Made by a program: the position numbers and the translations under genes
Notes under the pieces: generated by a model
Seen by the model: the letters and a program-made list of their open reading frames with translations, nothing else
Database searches by the model: none
What the model was told of the DNA's origin: nothing
Shown: positions 13,801 to 23,476 of the stretch, in pieces
How positions within the stretch are numbered: position 1 is the first letter of the stretch
Layout: every line of letters begins with the position of its first letter
Origin: Paraspadella gotoi
Lineage: Eukaryota; Animalia; Chaetognatha
Direction: 5' to 3'
DNA length: 64,000 nt
NCBI GenBank assembly: GCA_051294375.1
Contig: JBJCIZ010000744.1
Location: forward strand, 562,264 to 626,263

Positions 13801-14492
13801 CTTTTTGATGTACGAAAAAAAAAAAAAAAACTTGAAACAGAAAGCTTTCCCAGTCTAACGTACAAATTAGTACATACCCTTCTTTTTCCTTTTCACCTTC
13901 TTCAAATTCCTCACCATTTAATGAGCTGCAGCGCCAAACTTACCTCTTTTCCCTGATGAGAGACTAGTTAGTACCTACCTTTAGCTAGATACCCATCTTC
14001 CCAGCCTTTCCACCTTCTTCAAATTCCTCACCATTTAATGAGCTGCAGCGCCAAACTCGTCGTGTCCTTCCTGACGATGTGTCGAATGAGCACGCCGTCC
14101 AAGCTCGCCACGTAGATGCTGAGAAAAGTGCGGCTCAGCAGCGCCGCCGAGTGGAGGAGCAGGAAGGCGGCTTCTTTGCAAAACAGCGTCGGAACGACCA
14201 CGCGGAGGATCTCGCGAAACTCTCTCACAAAGGTTTCGTCGACGGCGGCGGAAGGAAATCCCGCTTTTCTAAAGTGTTTCGGCGCCTCGCGGTTTTCGGC
14301 GTCGAGTCCGTTGGCGGCGCGAACGGACGAACCGCGCGAAGTGGAGTTATGACGGGCGAGAAACTTGGCCAAGAGTTTCTTCGCCCTGGGATCACGGAAG
14401 AGATAGTAGACGGCAACCAGCGCAGCCAGACAACCCCAGGGTCGCTTTAATCGATGGCGAAGGAAAGACGCGATGCTTCCAACGTTCAGCAT
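6696..14492 (-). CDS. ABCD1/2: Peroxisomal ABC transporter subfamily D (ABCD1/2-like), multi-exon
   Basis: [16 protein letters not shown]; W|[18 protein letters not shown]; DQCLTEDI; [10 protein letters not shown] (EAA motif); Walker [13 protein letters not shown] at ~7915-7950; [32 protein letters not shown]; stop TGA at 6696-6698. Confidence 0.95.
10614..12374 (+). CDS. RNF139: TRC8/RNF139-RNF145 family multi-pass membrane RING-H2 E3 ligase, intronless, nested antisense in ABCD intron 1
   Basis: 586-aa ORF with many TM segments, QTGL motif and C-terminal [36 protein letters not shown]. Confidence 0.88.
   Translation: MTDVPRRVLSVLVRAGVNHRVVVCFTVCAVVTSDLYNNIAELGLVLSSLAYIVLFVLTIGAVVFCLLPPGLMAEMLMLVVGPLFPVFFAFRANLRFVVVTRESNSTLSYELIFVIGAALLVDHQMWRLIYKDVQVGNRPKPIVHVLRQANYVTILSPFIVSLVFSPSLAIVPYLPFFPGLVVPFVVVVFTAMATRVHSFLAAVIANSTSAWSQWTNLKQPSELRMFFLAQFVCNLLRFLWMKWDDRETTFLSFWKTILASSTETTMALIALSSCLVYVGDRVIDVVKIFIKDKEEVNLNDRGVYFFLLCIQTGLVNLPTENRVERLWINTLILATTFLGSVHGLLRRKMETLQASSIVRTGEYARVFAVYLPTVVVPLFVVIRLWTAFSVSPWILAITAFVSETVLSVVLTLLLFSLSQMKRLTAERLDDWTFKIRLTEKLCAVLFAIFHTFNNAWAALFGIGVNLVFLFTTSMHVLIIWAVVHSSWKDMKTRLQLVEMVSALRDATPIQLLRLKDPCAICYEDFTDQAKLTNCNHFYHKFCLRKWLYIKDKCPLCQRSVFEWVYENEEAAGFENIHEHVFVGDNN
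12470..13745. repeat. Dispersed short repeats (ttattaaatgaatggataatttt..ggttgtaccaatttcat) and a ~100-bp duplicated segment (12712-12813 / 13590-13685)
   Basis: Copies at ~12497, ~12823 and ~13715, an inverted copy at ~12470, and a related copy at ~53203. Confidence 0.65.
12882..13484. mobile_element. ~600-bp palindromic foldback MITE
   Basis: Ends TAAGGCGTAGTGAAA / TTTTACTACGCCTTA. Internal arms also complementary (cgcagtaggccatatttata vs tataaatatagcctactgcg; ttcattaagtgggt vs acccacttaatgaa). Confidence 0.8.
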
Positions 14493-15054
14493 TTTTTTGT
14501 TTATTCGATATTTATGATTTTGGACATACTAGTGTCGTTCGTTGTCATAAAGACGTATTAGTTCGTGTCTTTCGAACTATGTTTCTGTTTAGCTGGGGTT
14601 TTTATCCGATTTATCACCTAATTTAGCCTAAAATTCAAGAGAGAAAAAAAAAACCAGCAGAGGAAAGGGGAAAAAGTAGCATTGGCTTTATATTCTGTGT
14701 AAAGAAATCCGATATTGCGAAAATGATGTGAATCACAAAGTCGATGCAAAAATCATATTCACGTTTCTAATACTTATTAGTAAAAGAAAAAAGATTATAC
14801 ACTAAAAGTAAATTGTTCATAGTCTTGAAACTTGAAAAAAAATTAAACAAAATATAATCTCGAATGAATAAAAATTAAAATACTAAAACTGATCGTATAA
14901 CAAATACTAGTCTAAACCTCTTTTCCGATATCATAGGAATTAGGAAATCAATTTCAAACCGAGTCTCAAAAAAAAAAAAAAGCTTAAGCACGATTTCTCG
15001 AATGAGTTTGAACATTTGAACATTAGTGCAACGTGCGCTAACAAAAGAGGATTT

Positions 15055-15375
15055 TTAACTAAGAAGGCAATTGCTTTGACCGCATGCTTCAGCGTTGCCC
15101 CTACCGCGGCCACCGTCGTCGCCGCCGTGCCAACTGCGTCGGTGATCGGAGGACGACGGGAAATGATCTCGCCGCGAGACGGGATGGGCGGTCACAAAAG
15201 CTGGGGCGGCGGCGGAGGCGGCCAAGTCGGGGCACGAAGGTTGAGAGGGTGGGGGGACGGGCGACGGTGGAGAGGGGAAAATATCAGCCAACCCGGAGTC
15301 CTCACGAGGGGCGGCCAGCGGAGCCGGAGCGGGTGAAAAAAGGATCGATTCCGAAGCCCCCCTGGCCGCCGCTAG
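15055..15375 (-). CDS. Putative stop-codon readthrough extension of WDR91 (106 codons, ends CLLS*)
   Basis: Stop context TGA-CTAG; in-frame, stop-free, exon-like GC-rich sequence to TAA at 15055-15057. Confidence 0.6.
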   Translation of the reverse strand, partial: LAAARGASESILFSPAPAPLAAPREDSGLADIFPSPPSPVPPPSQPSCPDLAASAAAPAFVTAHPVSRRDHFPSSSDHRRSWHGGDDGGRGRGNAEACGQSNCLLS

Positions 15376-18300
15376 TCAACTCGTTTGCGTCAACAGCGTC
15401 GAAACCTGGAAGCCGCGGAAACCATTTACAAGATAAAACTTTGTTAAACGACTGCTATTCATAAAATGCTACACACCTTGATATGGCCGTCCATTGACGC
15501 CGTGGCGCAGACGGAGCAATCGCCGACAGACGTCCAATCCAGCGTCACCACCGGCGCCTTGTGGCCGCCGAGCGCCATCTGTGGCTTCGTCACGATAGAG
15601 CTCGAGTCTGCGAAGAAGAAAAACATTCTGAGATGTCTTTCAATTCTTATGTAGGCCTATTTATTACTCCATAAAAATATTTGTCAAGACGCAAAATTAA
15701 AAAGCGATAAAGGGAAACGCCATCAATAAATTAACTGAACTCGGACGCTACCGTTCGATTCGTTAGTCATAATATGAGGGTATGTTTGCTTGATGGAATC
15801 TTGTCTTGACTTGGCATCGGTGAAGAATGCTCGCTATCTACGTAAACTGTCTTTAATATGTGTAAAGCTAGTAGTTAGCTTTGCCTTTCAATAATTATTG
15901 GGATTAATGTCGAAGAGTCCGGGCCTACCTCCTTCGATCTTGTACAACAGAGCACCGTTCATTTTGCAAGTGAGAAAGAAATTTCTTTCAGCGTCGAATC
16001 GAAACAAGCCTCCCTTCGGAGTGTGGACCTAAAGGATTTGACAACAAGTAGCAGAAAACAAACCGGCATCTTTAGCCAATACAAATATTCTCTCGCCTGT
16101 TTGAGGCCACCGAATCCGGAGAGGACGAAGGGCCCCCCGGCGCCCGGGTGAAGACTCAACTCGGACTCCTTCTCGCCCGAGAGGCTCCAGAGAAGGATGG
16201 ATGAAGAATCTCCGGCTCCCATGCTGAAGCAACGTCGCTCGTCTTTGGAGAACTGTTAAAAAAGGGGATTGAGGGTAAGGAAAAAACCCAGCACCCCCTA
16301 TCCCTTACCTCCCTTACTCTCCCTCACCTCGACCGTGTGAATCTCCCCTTTGTGCGCCTGCCACCGCGTCACGCACTCTTTTCGATGAAGATCGTAGAGG
16401 CGGAGGACCCCGTCTGATCCGCCGGCCAAGCAACGCGTACCGGCCGTGTTCCAGGCCATGCAATTGATGTGGGCGGGGCCGGGCTCAATGGCCATGTCGA
16501 GAACTTTCTTGAAGGCGCGAAGGTCGAAAAGTTGTAAAATGCCTGAATAGGTGGGTTGAAAATGGTTGAAAACAAAGAAAATAAAAAACTAAAGAACTCA
16601 TTCAAAAGTTTCCTAATAAGCAATTTTCAAAACTAAAGCTATGTTAATCTAAATTTAAAACATCGACGATTCTCAACCAGATTCCCTCACCAGATCTTGA
16701 CATCGAAGCCGACGCGTCAACGCGATTGGCGCCGGCGCCGGTCGCCGACACCCGGCCCCGACTCCTCGAGGCGGCGAGGAAATATCCGGCCATCGGGTCG
16801 CACGCCACGCAGTGGACGCGAGGAAACAAGGGCTCAGTTGGAACCTCAGAGACAGATTTGTTCTCCTGATTCGTTGAGAAAAAATGACGATAAGAAATGA
16901 GGATAAATCTAACTCACTCTCTCTCTCTCTCTCACCTTCAAGTCGAAAAGCCTGACAGCCCCGGTGCGGTTTCCATGCAGCAACATCCTATCTCCGTTAG
17001 GGACCCAATCTATACAAGTCATAACAGACTTGCTCATGATGGTGGCTCGAGTGACCCCGGCGCGTGCCGACCACACCTTGACCACCCCGTCCACGTCCAC
17101 CGAGGCCACGTGAGACCCGGTCGGGGAGAAGCGCACGTGAGCGATGGAGGAGGGGTGTTCCTTGTAGTCCTGGGAAAGGACAATTGAAGTCAAATTTAAG
17201 TATTATTATATTTGTACTAGCGTTTCTGACAAGTTAGGCAAACAACTATTGAACTTTAAAATTCGTTTAGTTATACAACTTGCCTCTTGACTGAGAAGCA
17301 AAAATGGCGGCGAGGGCAGCGGCGGATTCGCCCTCGGCTCTCCCTCCTGCGACTGCGGCGTCGTCACCGGCGTCGCGACCGGCGTCGTCGGAGTCGCTTC
17401 TTCGGATTCGGGAGGCGCCTCCGCCACGACGGGCGCCGGCGGGACGGAGACGGGGCGCGAGGGTCGCGTCGACTCGGGCGGGTTGGAGTTCGAGCGGATT
17501 TTACCTGGACGAACAAATAACAACATACTATATATATCATCTTTTTAAAGGTGATGCTGAATTTCTTATGTTGTTCTTTTGTTCGTCCAGGTAAAATCCG
17601 CTCGAACTCCAACATATAGATGATACATAGATATATAGATGCAAATATATCCAGATACTGGGAATATTTTTAACCCCGAGTTGATTGTTTTATCGTGTCT
17701 TTTTCGAAAAAGTGACTCACCCAAGGCGGGTTTGGCCGGGCCTGCCGGCGAGCTGATCTTCCGCTCGTTCTTTGCGCCGGCCCGCTTCGACGACGACGAC
17801 GTGTTGGGGGACGAAGGCAAAGCGATGGTGCGGATGAACGACTTGATGGTTTTTGTTTGGGACGAAGAAGGACCTGACTCGCCCTGAGAGTTGAAAAGCG
17901 CGTCAACTGTCAACTAAAGTCATCCTTAAAAAAGGTCCGAAATTCTAATAAGCAATTTTAAAATGGAGGAATGCCTGACCTGTTGCGTGGAAACCTCGTT
18001 GTGTTCCTGAGAGATGACGGCGAAATCGTCCATGAGGTCGGCGCCGGTTAAGTCGCGACACAAGACGGCTGAGGCGTCGCGGGCTTCCTCGACAGAGTCC
18101 GCGGATCGAGAAGAAGAGCTGGTGTACATACATAAATGTATATTGTATAATAATTTTAAATTTTATTTAATTTTCAATTGAATTTTAACAATTTGTTACA
18201 ACAAATACGTATTCAAAAAATCAAACAAAAGGTAATGACCAGATTAATTAAAATTAATTTTAAGAAACTGTGGAAACGAAAAGAATAACAAAGCGCAACC

Positions 18301-19253
18301 TTTTGCCTTTCTGACAGAAATTTGTGTCGACAAAACAACAAACTGGATTTAAATAAAAAATAACCTTCGCTCCCCTCTCCCTTCTTGCCTCTCTCGACCA
18401 CCCTTTTACCCGCCGTGTAATTGATTCCTCAACCGCTCGTTTTCCGCAACGAGACTTCGGAGTCTTCGTAGGTCCGTCTCGGCGCGGGCGATCTGAGGCT
18501 TCGGCATGAAGCGGATCACGACGGAGACGAAGTTACGGAGCGAGGCGGTGAAGGTTTCCTGCCACGTCTTTGAGAAGAACATGGAAAAAGCCATGTTTTC
18601 TGCGGGAAGAGAGTTGATATGAAAATAATAGAAAACTATTACATCAACGCAATTCTCCTTTAACCCGAATTCCTCACCCTCGGGATTCCTGACGAAGGGA
18701 AAGGCGAACCACTCCCTCCACTCGTGGATGCGCTGGAGCTCGGGAGTGAGGCGTTCAAAGAACTCGACGACGCGCTCGTGACGACCCGATTGGTGCGCTT
18801 GGACGAGGTAGAGTTTCAGAAGGCCAGACTCGAGCCGCTTAGTAGACGCGGAGTAGCATTGCTCGAGACGGGAGAAGAGCTTGGCGTCGAGGTAGCTCCA
18901 ATAATCGCGGAGGCCTTGTGAAGAGGAGGAATGAAAGATGATGGTAGAGCTACTGGTCTCTCATTACATGAGGCGGAGTTGTCAATGCGGTTGTTAATAA
19001 GTCACGAGGTAGTAAGAAATAAATCGTAGTTGAAAATCAAAGACGCGGTGCGCTCGCTGATCTAAATAAATCTAAATAAACCTTGAATGTCCTGCGAATA
19101 GACGTAGGAAAGGAGCTGATCGGCGATTTTGTCTGGCCTGAAGGCTTTGTCCTTGTCCGACTTGACGTCCGATTCGAAGGCCTTCAAGGACTGAGTGAAG
19201 CCGCGAAAGAGGAGGAACTCCCGGACGAGCCCGTCCACGAATTCGCTCGTCAT
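15376..19253 (-). CDS. WDR91: WD repeat-containing protein 91 (endosomal Rab7 effector), multi-exon
   Basis: N-terminus MTSEFVDGLVREFLLFRGFTQSLKAFESDVKSDKDKAFRPDKI; WD40 exons; C-terminus ATASMDGHIK|VSTLLTQTS* with TGA at 15376-15378. Confidence 0.93.
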
Positions 19254-19281
19254 TTTTGTCGTCGTCGTCGTCGTCGCGAAT

Positions 19282-20049
19282 TCAATTAAGTTTATCGGAT
19301 TTGGCGTCGCCGATTTGAACCAACCAGAGCCCGCTCATGATGAGAACGATTCCGGCGAACTAGGAAACCAAATGGAAAATGGGGATCAATTTGGTTAGAA
19401 GAAAAACAAGTTTGAGCAAACAATGTCGGATTATTTAATTAATTAATTAATTAATACAAACTATATATCATCGTCGTCGCTTTTGTCGTGGTTAGTGACG
19501 AAAAGACCTAAAAACAAACATTTCGGATCAAATTAATTAATTTATTAATTAAATTAATTAATAGTTTATAATAATATTTAATAAATAATAATTTAATTAA
19601 TTTGATCCGAAATATTTGTTTTTAGGTCTTTTCGTCACTGACCACGACAAAAGCAACGACGACGATGATGGCGACGACGACAATAATGCCGATAACGATC
19701 GACTTGATTGATGAATTGACAAACTCACCCAGGACGGGCCGAGCGTTTCCCCGAAGAGAGCGAGTCCGAAGGCCGAGGAAACTACGATGTTAGCGGCGAG
19801 CGAGGCGAGGGTGGCGACAAAGGCGGCGTCGGCGGCGGCGAGGGCGTGGAGGTGGAATCGCCACTGCAGCGCGTTGCAGAGAACCACGCCGGCGACAAGG
19901 GCGAGACGAGCGGCGAAAGCGATAACGGGAGTGGATAGGGCGGCGGGGAGCGAGGCGGAAGCGAGTTTGCCAAAGACCGAAGCCGAGGCCGCGAACGAGC
20001 CGGCGACGAACGGCGCTGAAAAGGTTCTTTGAATGTGAAGGGCTGACAT
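19282..20049 (-). CDS. TMEM42: TMEM42-like (EamA/DMT-type small membrane protein), 2 exons
   Basis: AGSFAASASVFGKLA..NALQWRFH..AANIVVSSAFGLALFGETLGPSW|FAGIVLIMSGLWLVQ. Intron 19360-19728, phase 0. Confidence 0.85.
19467..19668. repeat. Hairpin/MITE-like inverted repeat (~70-bp arms) in the TMEM42 intron
   Basis: ttttgtcgtggttagtgacgaaaagacctaaaaacaaa..cggatcaaattaatta versus its reverse complement at ~19595-19665. Confidence 0.8.
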
Positions 20050-20059
20050 AACAGAAATT

Positions 20060-20082
20060 CTGACAAAGAAAAAAAAAAGGCA
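20060..20082 (-). promoter_or_regulatory. Unpaired 3' splice acceptor 10 nt upstream of the TMEM42 ATG (candidate trans-splice site)
   Basis: cctttttttttctttgtcAG|aatttctgttATG. Confidence 0.5.
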
Positions 20083-20612
20083 TTGCGAGGACGGAAAAAG
20101 TAAAAATACATGTGGCATGACAAGGGAGTGATGAGAATTAAAAAAACAATATTCTGTTTCAGAGTGTAAAAAAGGCACGACAATCTCGTCAATTGGTTGT
20201 TACATTTCGGACGTCGATACAAACGTGACCGGTGAAAAGGAGTAAAGATAATTTAATAAAACGCATTGGGAGAGTAACGTGAGTAAGAAAAGCTGTGTTT
20301 TGGAGGAAATTTAAACAAAGCTGCGTGAGTAAAACGTTGTGGAAAAACTTAAAATTATTGGTTGGTTCCTTAGTTGGTTGCTAAATAACGCGGAGCAACA
20401 TAAAAATACGTACAAGCTTTTTAGAGGATAACGCGAGTCATGCGCGCCTTTTGGACGAATAACAATTTATAAAGCGTCCGTGAATACGAGTGTAAATTAT
20501 TATTTTTTGTCAACTGCGAAACTTCTAGACACTGTTGAAAGTGGGGGAATATCTGGAATTTTTTTTTTCATTCCATTATAATTGGGTTCCATTTTGGTTT
20601 TCTTTGGCGCGG

Positions 20613-21251
20613 TTATTGCGCGGCGCACGTCCCGCATAAGGGCAGGGTGCCAGGGACGTGGTGATGCACCAGGTTGGGACTCCATCCCGGGTGAATAGAA
20701 TAGTAGCGCCTCGACGTCGGCGGTTGACGCGGAACGTGGCACTGCGGCATCGCGGGAAATCTAATAATAATAATAATAAAAATAAGTATAGATATGAATA
20801 TAAATATATATATTATATAAGTATGTACATAAAGTTAAAATTTAATTCTAATTACTCAAATGAATAACGTCATTACTAATTAACGAGCTCTCCTCACTTT
20901 GGATTAGGCGGAGGAGGAACGCGAGCCGGTTGACGATCCATGGAACTTGGCGTCACCGTCGTTTGATATCCGCGGTAGAGATTGAGCTTCATCTTTTCTT
21001 CCGGACCCACGTATCGCATGTACCTGAAATCAAAAGTAGAAAGACTAAAAGTAGGTCAATTTGTTCCTAGTCGGATAAAAAGTTGGCGAGTGTCTGTCCA
21101 CATTAAGGTCACACCTCGTCGCAGAGACGTAATCGAGATTGGGAGGGTGTTCGGGCGGTTTGGGCGGCGTGAACACTCTCATAGAATAAAGCTTGGCCGC
21201 GGTGATTTTCGGTCGTGCCAACGACGCCGGTTTTGGATCTGAGGCGGACAT
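20613..21251 (-). CDS. Small proline-rich hypothetical protein, 3 exons (~137 aa)
   Basis: Exons ~21116-21251, ~20898-21023 and 20613-20760 splice GT-AG in consistent phase 2 into one open frame. Confidence 0.65.
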
Positions 21252-21717
21252 CTTTTTTCCCCACGATTCACTGTTTCATGTTTTTTTGTGTTTTTTTTAG
21301 GTTAAAGGCGTTTCGGCATTTACATTCGAACTTGGTTTTTAGAAATTTTTAATATGAAAAAAAAAAAACAACAAAAAAAAACAAAAAAACTGACGTTGTC
21401 AAATAAAAAAATGCCATGATCATGATTTTTCTTTTTACATCCTTTTTAACGAGGGAAGAAATTCGTTTACCAGCGGAATGAATGAACAATAAAATGTAGA
21501 TTGTAGAGTTTATCATCGTAAAATAAAGCATTGTCATGGAAATCTTTATTTACAATCGAACGTAAATCTGATTGCGATCGTGCTTCGAAAATATTTTTTA
21601 TCTAGATTCTAAAAGAAAAGCAAGAACAAAAATTGGAAAAGGAAAAAGAGAAAAAAACCGAAATCTTTCGTTTTCTCATTTCCGGCGAAGATTTGTATTA
21701 ACCGCGAGTCTCAGATC

Positions 21718-22743
21718 TCATCGTTTTTTCGATTTTCTCGAAGTCCGTTTGCCGACTTTGGTCCGAGAAATGCTGCGATGACGGATGCACGAGGCGATTG
21801 TCTTTTTCAGATGCGCTCGCAACGTGTAATCGTGTTCTGAGTGGACGGAGACAATTCCAGTGAAAAATTAGGAAGAAAGAAGAAAGGAAGGAAGGAAAAT
21901 AATGGAGGAAAGGAAGGAAGGAAAAATGGAAAGGAAGTAAGAAAAGGAAGGGAAACCGTGAAGAAAGAATGAAGGAAGGAAAAGAAGGGAGGAAAGAAGG
22001 AAAGAAAGATGGAAAGCAAGGAAAACAGTGAAGAAAGAATGAAGGAAAGGAAAGAGGGAGGAAAGGAAGGAAATGAGGGTAGGGAGGAACGAAGAAGCAA
22101 AGACGGGAGAAAAGAAAGCAGTTAGAAAGGAAAGTAAAAAAGGAAGAGCAATTCTCTTCACAGTTACCACTAATTTTATATTATCGAAAAAAAACTTCTC
22201 TGTCTTTAACAACCGATCTTGCTCAACGTTTCCTACCAACTAAACGAGGTTAAGTCTCAACTTATAAAATCCAATAAAATCAATTCCAAACCATTCCAAA
22301 GCATAAACGCATCCAAATCACATCAATTCAGATCCCCTTTCCTCACCTTTCATCTTGATCTTAAACCCGTCGTTCTGCAGCGTGTCCAAGATCGGAAAGA
22401 AACTCCAAAACTCCTCGAAGAGAGAGACGAAGAAACCGTCCTTGCCCGGTCGGGCGTCGGGCACGATGTCCGTCACCTCCTTGGCCACGTCCCATAGGAG
22501 AGAGGTGAGAAGTTTGTAAGTGACGGACCCTTTCTCCGCGATCGACGAATCTGTGATCGTCTTTAATGTCTGCGCCTTGGGATTCCCGTCCAAGTAACTC
22601 GTCAAGCTCCAGCCGTTGAGGTAGTCGTCGAAGGGTTGAACGTCGCCGTCCTGAATCTCGTAGTATTGAACGGGTTCCGGCTGCTCGGCGAAGTAGTCAT
22701 CCTCGGAGGCCTCCGGGCAAACGTCGCCACGGCCGCCGCCGCC

Positions 22744-22774
<31 letters not shown>

Positions 22775-23277
22775 TCGTCGTCGTAGCCGGCCAGCTCTGC
22801 CTCGAAATACATTCCTTGTGTGTCGAACTCGGACGGACAAGAGGCTTCCATCTCCAGATCCTCCTCGTCTAGGCGTCTGTGCTTGGCGACGATGATCTGA
22901 GCGGGCACCGCCCCGTGGCGCTTCAGCTTGGAACGGGTCCTCCGCGTAGAGCCGTCGTCGTCATCCTCCGATGGCGGAGCGGCGGCTGCGGTGGAAGCGG
23001 CGTCGTCGTTGAGGGAGTCTTCCTGGTGGAGGCGAATTTCCCGATCCAGGTTCATTTCGGCGTCGCTGGTGGCGAGGATAAGCCCGTCGGCCTTGAAGGC
23101 CGCTTTGAGTCGGTCGCTGCCGGCAAATTTGCGGCCGCGCGGCCCTTCGATCAGCACGAAGATGCCGGAGTCGGTGAGAGAGGAAAGTTTCAGAGCCGCC
23201 TCGATCAGCACGTTGGATAGAGACGTCTCCATGAACTCGAGGTGGGAAGCAATCGCCATTATGTTGCCCGAAGTCAT
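21718..23277 (-). CDS. Hypothetical nuclear protein with a degenerate N-terminal MADS-box-like segment, 2 exons
   Basis: Long GC-rich ORF; donor at 22345-22346 and acceptor at 21837-21838 give EHDYTLRAHLKKTIASCIRHR..RKSKKR*. Confidence 0.75.
21870..22145. repeat. Purine-rich (GGAA/GAAA) low-complexity tract in intron
   Basis: Directly visible. Confidence 0.85.
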
Positions 23278-23338
23278 ATTTCTTTTTTTTAATTTGTTTA
23301 AATCGTTTTAGATACGGAAGTGCGTTGGAAGGAGATTT

Positions 23339-23360
23339 CTAATATGATTAAGCGTTAGTA
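23339..23360 (-). promoter_or_regulatory. Branch point plus unpaired acceptor upstream of the MADS-like gene (candidate trans-splice site)
   Basis: TACTAAC gcttaatcatattAG, 61 nt before the ATG, within a 199-bp intergenic gap. Confidence 0.5.
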
Positions 23361-23476
23361 CGGAGAAAGCTGGACTATAAATGGGGAGCTTAATTGAAAA
23401 ACATAAGACAAAAAAAAGTACTGTAATGCGGTAAAAAGAAAAGTTTTGAGCATTGCACAATGGGAGTCCATAAAAA

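Noticed and set aside
15376-15378. Alternative genetic code or selenocysteine for the WDR91 TGA
   Set aside because: TGA ends several other genes here at expected positions, and no SECIS was identified; context-dependent readthrough fits better.
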